In this document: one piece after another, positions 1 to 8,527 of the stretch
Position numbering within the stretch: the stretch's first letter is position 1
Layout: every line of letters begins with the position of its first letter
Assembly: GCA_045604025.1 (NCBI GenBank)
Contig: JAZUNG010000027.1
Span: forward strand, 1 to 63,834
DNA: 63,834 nt
Source: Lachnospiraceae bacterium
GTDB lineage: Bacteria > Bacillota > Clostridia > Lachnospirales > Lachnospiraceae
Direction: 5' to 3'
Made by a program: the position numbers and the translations under genes
The notes under the pieces: generated by a model
Told to the model about the DNA's origin: nothing
Seen by the model: the letters and a program-made list of their open reading frames with translations, nothing else
Database searches by the model: none

Positions 1-814
1 TGGTCTCGCCGAGAGAGGCAGATGCCAAAAGACCGATGGAGCCGGGGATCTGTGATGCCTCGTCTGACAGGTTGGCTCCGAACATATTGGAGGTCAGAAC
101 AACATCAAATCTGGAAGGCTCCCTGACCAGCTGCATGGCCGCGTTGTCCACGTACATATGATCGACCTGAACCTCCGGATACTCAGAAGCGATGCGGGCA
201 ACAGTCTCTCTCCACAGACGGGAGGTCTCCAGCACGTTGGCCTTGTCGATGCTGACGAGGTTTTTGCGGCGTTTCATGGCGGTTTCAAAAGCGACTCTTG
301 CGATTCTTTCGATCTCCATCACGCTGTAGCACTCTGTGTCATATGCCTCGGGGCCATACTTGCCGTCTCTTCTTCCGCGCTCGCCGAAGTAGATACCTCC
401 GGTCAGCTCTCTTACGATCACCAGGTCAAATCCTTTTGCCGCGATATCGGGACGCAGAGTACACGCCTCAGCCAGAGCGGGGTAGATCTTCGCAGGACGA
501 AGATTGGTGAACAGTCCCAGCGCAGAACGGAGTCCGAGCAGAGCTCTCTCAGGTCTGTTTGCCGGCGGCTGGCTGTCCCATTTGGGACCGCCCACGGCAC
601 CTAAGAGCACGCTGTCACTGGCCAGGCATCCGTCTACAGTCTCCTGCGGCAGCGGAACGCCGGTCGCATCGATGGCGCAGCCGCCTGCCAGATACGGTGT
701 GAATACAAATTCGTGGCCAAACTTCTCAGCAATCCGCTCCAGAACCCTTACTGTACTGTCAACTATTTCCGGGCCTATACCATCGCCACGTATGAGTGCA
801 ATGTTGTATTTCAT
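1..814 (-). CDS. leuB: 3-isopropylmalate dehydrogenase (3' end of the gene lies beyond the left edge of the window)
   Basis: Absent from the ORF track because it runs off the edge. My minus-strand translation from the ATG at 812-814 gives MKYNIALIRGDGIGPEIV...LLGAVGGPKWD...RELTGGIYFGERG...NMFGANLSDEAS, which are typical IPMDH motifs. Confidence 0.9.
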   Translation of the reverse strand, partial: MKYNIALIRGDGIGPEIVDSTVRVLERIAEKFGHEFVFTPYLAGGCAIDATGVPLPQETVDGCLASDSVLLGAVGGPKWDSQPPANRPERALLGLRSALGLFTNLRPAKIYPALAEACTLRPDIAAKGFDLVIVRELTGGIYFGERGRRDGKYGPEAYDTECYSVMEIERIARVAFETAMKRRKNLVSIDKANVLETSRLWRETVARIASEYPEVQVDHMYVDNAAMQLVREPSRFDVVLTSNMFGANLSDEASQIPGSIGLLASASLGET

Positions 815-861
815 ATAAATGTCCTCATTGATCTTAATATTGAATATCAGATATCGGCGTG

Positions 862-934
862 GGCGCCGGCCGTTCGCGGAGGGGACAGTTGGATTACGTC
901 CCCGGAGAGAAGGGCCGAAGCGGGGTCCCGCGCC
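862..934 (-). repeat. GC-rich long imperfect hairpin element, copy A (ilvD|leuB intercistronic gap)
   Basis: Apical stem GGGGAC(881-886)/GTCCCC(898-903). Outer arms GGCGC/GCGCC and CGGCCGTTC/GAAGGGCCG. Shares its core with copy B at 2832-2905. Confidence 0.6.
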
Positions 935-955
935 GGGATATCTGATAATGAATGT

Positions 956-2617
956 TTACATCAGCACAGCGCCCTTATCAGCACTGGTAACCAGCTTCGC
1001 ATACCTGGCGATGTAGCCGGTCTTGATGCGTGGCTCAGGAGCTGTCCAGTCTGCGCGTCTTGCTGCAAGTTCGTCATCACTTACCCTGGCGTTGATGGTG
1101 CAGGCCTTGATATCGATATCGATGATGTCACCTTCACGGATGAGGGCGATGTTGCCGCCTGCAGCAGCCTCAGGGCTGACATGTCCGATAGCAGCACCGC
1201 GGGTAGCGCCTGAGAAACGTCCGTCAGTGATCAGGGCTACGCTCTCGCCTAGTCCCATTCCCACGATAGCAGATGTAGGATTCAGCATCTCACGCATGCC
1301 GGGGCCGGCCTTGGGTCCTTCGTAGCGGATGACTACTACGTCACCTGCCTGGATCTGCTTGCCATAGATGGCTTTGATAGCGTCCTCTTCAGAGTCGAAT
1401 ACTCTGGCAGGACCTGAATGCTGCATCATCTCGGGAGCGACAGCGCTCTGCTTGACGACGCATCCGTCGGGAGCAACATTTCCTTTGAGAACCGCGATAC
1501 CGCCGCTCTCAGAGAAAGGATTGTCAATAGGACGGATGATCTCAGGGTCAGTATTTTCTGCGCCTGCCAGATTCTCTTCCATGGTCTTTCCTGTAACGGT
1601 GATCACGGACAGATCCAGCAGATTCTTTTTGGTCAGCTCTTTCATGACTGCATAAACGCCGCCTGCCCTGTCGAGATCTTCCATAAATGTATCTCCGGCA
1701 GGTGCCAGATGGCACAGGTTCGGAGTACGCGCGCTGATCTCGTTGGACATATCCAGGCTGATCTCCATGCCACACTCGTGAGCTATGGCAGGAAGGTGGA
1801 GCATGGTATTGGTTGAGCAGCCGAGAGCCATGTCAACAGTTTCGGCATTGTGGAAAGCAGCCTCTGTCATGATATCTCTAGGGCGGATGTCACGGTTGAC
1901 CAGCTCCATGATCTGCATGCCGGCCTTTTTGGCCAGTCTGATACGTGCAGAGAGCGGAGCAGGGATAGTGCCGTTTCCGGGAAGAGCCATGCCGATAGCC
2001 TCGCACAGGCAGTTCATGGAATTGGCTGTATACATACCTGAGCAGGATCCGCATGAAGGACAGGCGTTCTCGATATAGTCGTTGACGCCTTCCTCGTCAA
2101 GAGTGCCTGCATGGTACGCGCCTACTGCCTCGAACATATGGCTCAGGCATGTGCGTCTGCCATCCTTCAGGTGACCGGCGAGCATAGGGCCGCCGCTGAC
2201 AAAGATGGACGGGATATTCAGTCTTGCTGCGGCCATCAGCAGTCCGGGAACATTTTTGTCACAGTTGGGGATCATGACCAGTCCGTCGAACTGATGGGCG
2301 ATAGCCATAGCTTCGGTAGAGTCGGCGATCAGGTCTCTGGTGACCAGAGAGTATTTCATGCCGATATGTCCCATGGCAATGCCGTCGCAGACAGCGATCG
2401 CAGGGAACATGATGGGAGTTCCGCCGGCTATGCGTACGCCTGCCTTGACAGCGTCTGCGATCTTGTCCAGATGCATATGGCCGGGGACGATCTCATTATA
2501 GGAACACACCACTCCTATGAGCGGGCGATCGATCTCTTCTTCAGTGAGCCCGAGGGCAACCATAAGGCTCTTGTTGGGTGCGCGGTCTACGCCTTTCTTA
2601 ATAAAATCAGAATTCAT
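956..2617 (-). CDS. ilvD: dihydroxy-acid dehydratase
   Basis: ORF 956..2641. I place the start at the ATG at 2617 ([18 protein letters not shown]...), preceded by AGGAGG (plus-strand cctcct, 2622-2627). Family motifs CDKNVPG and SGGPM are present. Confidence 0.95.
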   Translation of the reverse strand: MNSDFIKKGVDRAPNKSLMVALGLTEEEIDRPLIGVVCSYNEIVPGHMHLDKIADAVKAGVRIAGGTPIMFPAIAVCDGIAMGHIGMKYSLVTRDLIADSTEAMAIAHQFDGLVMIPNCDKNVPGLLMAAARLNIPSIFVSGGPMLAGHLKDGRRTCLSHMFEAVGAYHAGTLDEEGVNDYIENACPSCGSCSGMYTANSMNCLCEAIGMALPGNGTIPAPLSARIRLAKKAGMQIMELVNRDIRPRDIMTEAAFHNAETVDMALGCSTNTMLHLPAIAHECGMEISLDMSNEISARTPNLCHLAPAGDTFMEDLDRAGGVYAVMKELTKKNLLDLSVITVTGKTMEENLAGAENTDPEIIRPIDNPFSESGGIAVLKGNVAPDGCVVKQSAVAPEMMQHSGPARVFDSEEDAIKAIYGKQIQAGDVVVIRYEGPKAGPGMREMLNPTSAIVGMGLGESVALITDGRFSGATRGAAIGHVSPEAAAGGNIALIREGDIIDIDIKACTINARVSDDELAARRADWTAPEPRIKTGYIARYAKLVTSADKGAVLM

Positions 2618-2685
2618 AATTCCTCCTGAAAAAATCAGCAACTGAGCCTGGACACAGCGTCCAGAATAACGGTTGATTTTGGATG

Positions 2686-2760
2686 CGGGGAGCCGATACT
2701 TTACGGAGGGGACTGAGTCTGAACAGTGCCTCCCAGGTAACGGTAGTATTCAGGCACGGG
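2686..2760 (-). repeat. degenerate or partial relative of the hairpin element (copy C)
   Basis: GCCGATACTTTACGGAGGGGA matches the 5' half of copy B (GCCGATGCTTTACGAAGGGGA) at 19/21 positions. The remainder diverges (GGAGG...CCTCC stem). Confidence 0.35.
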
Positions 2761-2831
2761 CGCTGACCTTTTGCGGAGGTGCCTTGAATGATTCTGGATA
2801 CGGCTTCCAATACAATAGATATATGAGGGAT

Positions 2832-2905
2832 GTGGGGGGCCGATGCTTTACGAAGGGGACAGTTGAATTACGTCCCCGGAGGAAAGCATCGAAGCGGGGC
2901 CCCAC
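2832..2905 (-). repeat. GC-rich long imperfect hairpin element, copy B (ilvC|ilvD intercistronic gap)
   Basis: Apical stem GGGGAC(2855-2860)/GTCCCC(2872-2877). Arms GTGGGG/CCCCAC and CGATGCTTT/AAAGCATCG. Conserved bulge sequence GAAGCGGGG, as in copy A. Confidence 0.6.
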
Positions 2906-2926
2906 ATCCTTATATAATCTACAAAG

Positions 2927-4475
<1,549 letters not shown>

Positions 4476-4484
4476 GATGTCCTC

Positions 4485-6191
4485 CTACAGTGTTAAGAAC
4501 TTGTTGATGGGGTTGCCGCCGTTAACCATGGGACGGACCATCTCGTCAATGCCGATAGCGCAGTCGACTACATAGCCGTGGCCCCATTCAAGAGCTTCTT
4601 TGATAGCAGCCTTGAGTTCTTCTACATTGGTGACTCTGCTTCCCTTCAGGCCATATGCCTCTGCCAGCTTGACGAAGTCAGGGCCTCTGTCCAGGGTAGT
4701 CTGTGAGTAATGCTCGTCATAGATCAGAGTCTGCCACTGACGGACCATACCGAGGGTTCCGTTGTTGAAGATAAATGTGATGATCGGTATGTCGTATGCC
4801 TGCTCGGTCGCCAGCTCGTGGCAGTTCATGCGGAAGCATCCGTCGCCTGTGATGTGGATAACAGTCTTGTCAGGATTGCCCAGCTTAGCTCCGATGGCTG
4901 CGCCGAGACCGAATCCCATGGTACCGAATCCCCCGGATGTCATCAGCTGACCTTCATACTCGAAGTGGAAATGCTGTATAGCCCACATCTGATGCTGGCC
5001 TACGTCAGTAGCGACCATGGTGTCATCAGGCAGAGCCTTCGCAATGGTATCGAGGACCTGAACAGGTGTGAGCACGTCTTCCTCAGGATCGTACTCGGTC
5101 TCTCTCGGATAGGAAAATACATAATCCTTCCATTCAGGATGACTCTGATCGGTCAGCTTGGCATTCAGCATGGAAAGGACCTTCTTCGCGTCACCGATGA
5201 TGTGGTGAGCGGTCTTGACGTTCTTGTCGATCTCGGAACGGTCGATATCGATATGGACGATCTTTGCGTTCTTTCCGAATGTTGAAGGATCCAGAGCAAC
5301 ACGGTCAGAAAATCTGCAGCCAACGCCTATCAGCAGGTCGCAGGCAGCGCATGCCTGGTTGGATGCCTGACTGCCGTGCATGCCTATCATACCGGTAGCG
5401 AGAGGGTGACGTCCGTTCAGTCCGCCGCCGCCCATCAGGGTGATGGCGGTCGGAGCATCGCACTTCTCAGCGAACTTGACCAGCTCAGATCCCGCGCGTC
5501 CTCTGACAACGCCGCCTCCACAGATGATGAAAGGCTTCTTTGCCTCATGGATCATGTCAATCAGGAGGTCGATGTCCTTCTCATCGGGAGTAGGGGTCTT
5601 GAAGTCGTCGGATGAACGTGCTGCCAGCTTGGCCAGACGGCCATCTTTGTAATGATCCTTGAGATCGAGGTGAGTGTAATCCACCTTCTCAGCTGTTGCG
5701 TTCTTCAGGATATCGATAAGAACAGGTCCGGGACGGCCGCTTCTTGCGATAGCGAAAGACTCTCTAACAACGTCAGCCAGTTCTTTGGCAGTCCGGACTA
5801 CGTAATTGCATTTCGTGATAGGCATGGATATGCCCGTGATGTCCACTTCCTGGAATGAATCCTTGCCCAGAAGGTTCTCATTGACATTACATGTGATAAA
5901 TACGACAGGTGAAGAATCCATGTGAGCAGTAGCTATTCCGGTAGTCAGATTGGTGGCTCCGGGACCGCTGGTCGCAAAGCATACACCTACCTTGCCGGTG
6001 CTCCTGGCGTATCCGTCTGCAGCATGGGCAGCACCCTGCTCATGGGAGGTCAGGATATGCCTGATCCTGTCAGAGTAATTGTAGAGCTCGTCGTAGACAT
6101 TGAGGATTGTGCCGCCGGGGTAGCCGAATACGGTATCTACGCCCTGTTCAAGCAGACATTCGATCAATATCTGTGCGCCGGTCATTTCCAT
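4485..6191 (-). CDS. ilvB: acetolactate synthase large subunit (ThDP-dependent)
   Basis: 568 aa: MEMTGAQILIECLLEQGVDTVFGYPGG..., plus the GDG...NN ThDP motif (ITGDGCFRMNCHELAT...FNNGTLGMV). RBS GGAGGA lies 9 nt upstream. Confidence 0.95.
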   Translation of the reverse strand: MEMTGAQILIECLLEQGVDTVFGYPGGTILNVYDELYNYSDRIRHILTSHEQGAAHAADGYARSTGKVGVCFATSGPGATNLTTGIATAHMDSSPVVFITCNVNENLLGKDSFQEVDITGISMPITKCNYVVRTAKELADVVRESFAIARSGRPGPVLIDILKNATAEKVDYTHLDLKDHYKDGRLAKLAARSSDDFKTPTPDEKDIDLLIDMIHEAKKPFIICGGGVVRGRAGSELVKFAEKCDAPTAITLMGGGGLNGRHPLATGMIGMHGSQASNQACAACDLLIGVGCRFSDRVALDPSTFGKNAKIVHIDIDRSEIDKNVKTAHHIIGDAKKVLSMLNAKLTDQSHPEWKDYVFSYPRETEYDPEEDVLTPVQVLDTIAKALPDDTMVATDVGQHQMWAIQHFHFEYEGQLMTSGGFGTMGFGLGAAIGAKLGNPDKTVIHITGDGCFRMNCHELATEQAYDIPIITFIFNNGTLGMVRQWQTLIYDEHYSQTTLDRGPDFVKLAEAYGLKGSRVTNVEELKAAIKEALEWGHGYVVDCAIGIDEMVRPMVNGGNPINKFLTL

Positions 6192-6208
6192 TTGTGTCGT
6201 TCCTCCTT

Positions 6209-6252
6209 AAGTGTCTGAAAATTAATTATACATAATTAAGGTAGATTTGCAA
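6209..6252 (-). promoter_or_regulatory. sigma-A-type promoter of ilvB with an overlapping CodY-box-like 15-mer
   Basis: On the minus strand: TTGCAA (6247-6252), 16-nt spacer, TATAAT (6225-6230). AATTTTCAGACACTT (6209-6223) matches the CodY consensus AATTTTCWGAAAATT at 13/15 and covers the expected transcription start. The leader to the ATG is only about 25 nt, so there is no room for a T-box. Confidence 0.55.
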
Positions 6253-6294
6253 AGTTGAAAAGTGTATAAAAATGCGAAAAAACCGCGATTTTAT

Positions 6295-6336
6295 GCTGAA
6301 AATCAAAAATCCTGCGGCTTGGTGAGTCGCAGGATC
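6295..6336 (-). terminator. intrinsic terminator or attenuator between the small ORF and ilvB
   Basis: Minus-strand RNA: AUCCUGCG-ACUCACCAAGC-CGCAGGAU followed by UUUUGAUUUU. Confidence 0.75.
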
Positions 6337-6372
6337 TATTGCAAATCTGATCTATCAGTTCAGGATATGATA

Positions 6373-6483
6373 TCAGTCAGCAGTTCGTGCGTCACAAGCA
6401 ACACCGTTACCAAGGCTTTCCACAAGCACTCGTACGATGACCACGACGACTATACCGATAATACCGATAATGCTGAAGTTCAT
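6373..6483 (-). CDS. 36-aa Ile/Val-rich hydrophobic peptide (candidate ilv leader peptide, or a small membrane or toxin-like peptide)
   Basis: Internal ATG of ORF 6373..6573: MNFSIIGIIGIVVVVIVRVLVESLGNGVACDARTAD. AGGAGA lies 4 nt upstream. It has its own promoter (6512-6540) and a terminator 37 nt downstream. Confidence 0.55.
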   Translation of the reverse strand: MNFSIIGIIGIVVVVIVRVLVESLGNGVACDARTAD

Positions 6484-6511
6484 AAGATCTCCTGTAAAGT
6501 TAGTGGTACTA

Positions 6512-6540
6512 TTTATAGCACCCCTCCGAAAATATGTCAA
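6512..6540 (-). promoter_or_regulatory. sigma-A-type promoter of the small Ile/Val-rich ORF
   Basis: On the minus strand: TTGACA (6535-6540), 17-nt spacer, TATAAA (6512-6517). Confidence 0.65.
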
Positions 6541-6589
6541 TGTAAAATCAGCAAGTGTATAAATAAAGTACAAAAATTAGTACAATCTT

Positions 6590-6667
6590 AAAATAAAACA
6601 CCGCCTGCAAAAGATATCTCCGCAGCGATTTTTCTATGAGCGAGGAAGATATCTATTGCAGGCGGTG
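6590..6667 (-). terminator. leuA intrinsic terminator (long hairpin)
   Basis: CACCGCCTGCAATAGATATCT...AGATATCTTTTGCAGGCGGTG followed by TTTTATTTT on the minus strand. It begins about 20 nt after the leuA stop. Confidence 0.85.
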
Positions 6668-6687
6668 CTGCAGTTAATGTTCAGATG

Positions 6688-8391
6688 TTATTTATCTTTA
6701 TTGGCTATTTTATAGCGGTTGATAGCGCATATGATGGCGCGGAGCGGTGCCAGGTTGATATTGTGGCTCAAACCTACTCCAAAGTAATCCTTGCCTTCAT
6801 CATCACGGAGCTGAACGTATGCTACAGAGCGTGAGTCGGAGCCCTGTGTCAGAGCGTGGGACTTGTAGTCAACGAAGTTCAGCAGGTTCATCTTTTCGCC
6901 CTTGATGGCGTTGAAGAACGCGTCGATAGGTCCGTTGCCTTCTCCCTGAACATTGAAGAAAGTCTCTTCGTCCTTCTGTGATGTATGGGAGATGGTTCCG
7001 AAGAAGGTGACCACGCTGTGGCCGTTTACGGTCTCTTCATGGAATACATGCTTGACCATCTTGTAAGGTCGCTCGATGTCCAGGTATTCTTTCTCGAAGA
7101 GCTCGAGGATACGTGCGGGTTTGAGCTCTCGCCCTACATAATCGCTCTCCGCCTGGACCACGGCACCGAACTCGGGATGCATGGCCTTGGGCATATCGAA
7201 TCCGAACTTGTGGTTCATGATGAATGCAGCGCCGCCCTTGCCGGACTGGCTGTTGATACGTACAGGCTCGTACTCTCTGCCGATATCTTCGGGATCGATA
7301 GGCAGATAGGGTACCATCCACTTGTCATAACCGTGCTTCGTCATGTAGTTGAAGCCCTTGTTGATGGCATCCTGATGGCTGCCGGAAAATGCGGTAAATA
7401 CCAGGTCTCCGCTGTATGGCTGTCTTTCGGGAACGCGCATCTTGGTGCAGCGTTCGTACAGCTCGCGGATCCGGTCCATATGGGTGAAGTCAAGCTCGGG
7501 ATCTACCCCCTGAACGTACATGTTCATGGCAACAGTAATCATGTCAACATTGCCGGTACGCTCACCATTTCCGAACAGACACGCCTCGACTCTTTCGGCA
7601 CCTGCCAGAAGTCCTGCCTCTGTGGTTGCTACTCCGCATCCTCTGTCGTTGTGAGGGTGCAGCGAAATGATGGCGCGCTCTCTTCCGGGAAGGACTCTGA
7701 TGAAGTATTCCAGCTCATCCGCAAACTGATTGGGCATGCAGTTTTCCACGGTAGTGGGAAGGTTCAGGATGACCTTGTGCTCCTCGTCTGCATGGAGTGC
7801 GTCCAGAACAGCTGCGCATATCTCGGCGGCAGCGTCCATCTCCGTCCCCATGAATGATTCGGGAGAGTACTCATAGCGCAGATCCATGCCGGAAGCCAGT
7901 ACAGGCTGGGCCATCTCATAGATCAGCTCTGCGGCATCCACGGCGATCTTTTTGACGCCTTCTACATCGGTCTCGAAAACGACCTCTCTCTGCAGAGTGG
8001 AAGTGGAGTTGTAGAAATGGAAGATGACATGCTTTGCACCCTGGATAGCCTCGAATGTCTTGCGGATCAGATGCTCTCTGGCCTGGACCAGTACCTGGAT
8101 AGTGACGTCATCAGGGATATGACCTCCCTCGATGAGCTCGCGGCAGATCTCATAGTCGGTGTCGGACGCGCTGGGGAATCCAATCTCGACTTCCTTTACA
8201 CCGATCTCATCAACGAGTATATGGAACATATCCAGTTTTTCCTGCATGTTCATGGGATCGATCAGGGCCTGGTTGCCATCACGCAGGTCAACAGAGCACC
8301 AAATGGGTGCCTTGGTGATCTGATTGTCAGGCCATGTCCTGCCCTCTATCGGCTGCGGGATAAACGGGATATATTTTTCGTAACCCTTCAT
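6688..8391 (-). CDS. leuA: 2-isopropylmalate synthase (long LeuA form)
   Basis: ORF 6688..8412. The likely start is MKGYEKYIPF at 8391, with AAGGAGA upstream. Contains WCSVDLRDGNQALIDPM and HPHNDRGCGVA motifs. Confidence 0.9.
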   Translation of the reverse strand: MKGYEKYIPFIPQPIEGRTWPDNQITKAPIWCSVDLRDGNQALIDPMNMQEKLDMFHILVDEIGVKEVEIGFPSASDTDYEICRELIEGGHIPDDVTIQVLVQAREHLIRKTFEAIQGAKHVIFHFYNSTSTLQREVVFETDVEGVKKIAVDAAELIYEMAQPVLASGMDLRYEYSPESFMGTEMDAAAEICAAVLDALHADEEHKVILNLPTTVENCMPNQFADELEYFIRVLPGRERAIISLHPHNDRGCGVATTEAGLLAGAERVEACLFGNGERTGNVDMITVAMNMYVQGVDPELDFTHMDRIRELYERCTKMRVPERQPYSGDLVFTAFSGSHQDAINKGFNYMTKHGYDKWMVPYLPIDPEDIGREYEPVRINSQSGKGGAAFIMNHKFGFDMPKAMHPEFGAVVQAESDYVGRELKPARILELFEKEYLDIERPYKMVKHVFHEETVNGHSVVTFFGTISHTSQKDEETFFNVQGEGNGPIDAFFNAIKGEKMNLLNFVDYKSHALTQGSDSRSVAYVQLRDDEGKDYFGVGLSHNINLAPLRAIICAINRYKIANKDK

Positions 8392-8423
8392 AATAATAGC
8401 TCTCCTTTTCAAGGGGTTTATTC

Positions 8424-8452
8424 ATTTTAAGGATTGAAAAGGATATTGTCAA
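8424..8452 (-). promoter_or_regulatory. leuA promoter
   Basis: On the minus strand: TTGACA (8447-8452), 17-nt spacer, TAAAAT (8424-8429). The leader is about 26 nt, so there is no T-box. Confidence 0.6.
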
Positions 8453-8491
8453 GTGAGAAGGATAATTCACAAAATATCCCCAACAAGGTTC

Positions 8492-8520
8492 TTGAGACAA
8501 TTTCAGAAACCCTGTATAAT
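8492..8520 (+). promoter_or_regulatory. promoter of the 8528 gene (geometry implies a leaderless mRNA)
   Basis: TTGAGA (8492-8497), 17-nt spacer, TATAAT (8515-8520). The first plausible ATG (8528) lies 7 nt after the -10 element, and there is no Shine-Dalgarno sequence. Confidence 0.5.
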
Positions 8521-8527
8521 GTGCGTG

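Noticed and set aside
158-2629. Multiple plus-strand ORFs (for example 158..604, 713..1213, 2111..2629) opposite leuB and ilvD. Similar long antisense ORFs lie inside mfd (18500..19447), uvrA (36622..37872), leuA (6985..7857), DUF58 (60260..61021) and others.
   Set aside because: They lie antisense to genes with unmistakable family motifs. They have no RBS, and their translations are low-complexity or Arg/Ser/Cys-rich, as expected for antisense frames of GC-balanced coding DNA.
6262-6591. A plus-strand 109-aa ORF overlapping the Ile/Val-rich small ORF, and the idea of a convergent antisense RNA (type I toxin-antitoxin).
   Set aside because: I found no acceptable plus-strand promoter in 6240-6380. 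TTGCAA and TATAAA are separated by only a 12-nt spacer. The plus-strand ORF has no RBS and is the mirror frame of the peptide gene. The toxin idea is kept only as an alternative in the finding.
6192-6690. A T-box riboswitch upstream of ilvB (and of leuA at 8392-8527).
   Set aside because: The leaders from the mapped-by-eye promoters are only about 25 nt. No T-box consensus (…GGUGGNACCGCG…), specifier loop or AGAGA/GNUGGA features are visible anywhere in 6192-6690.
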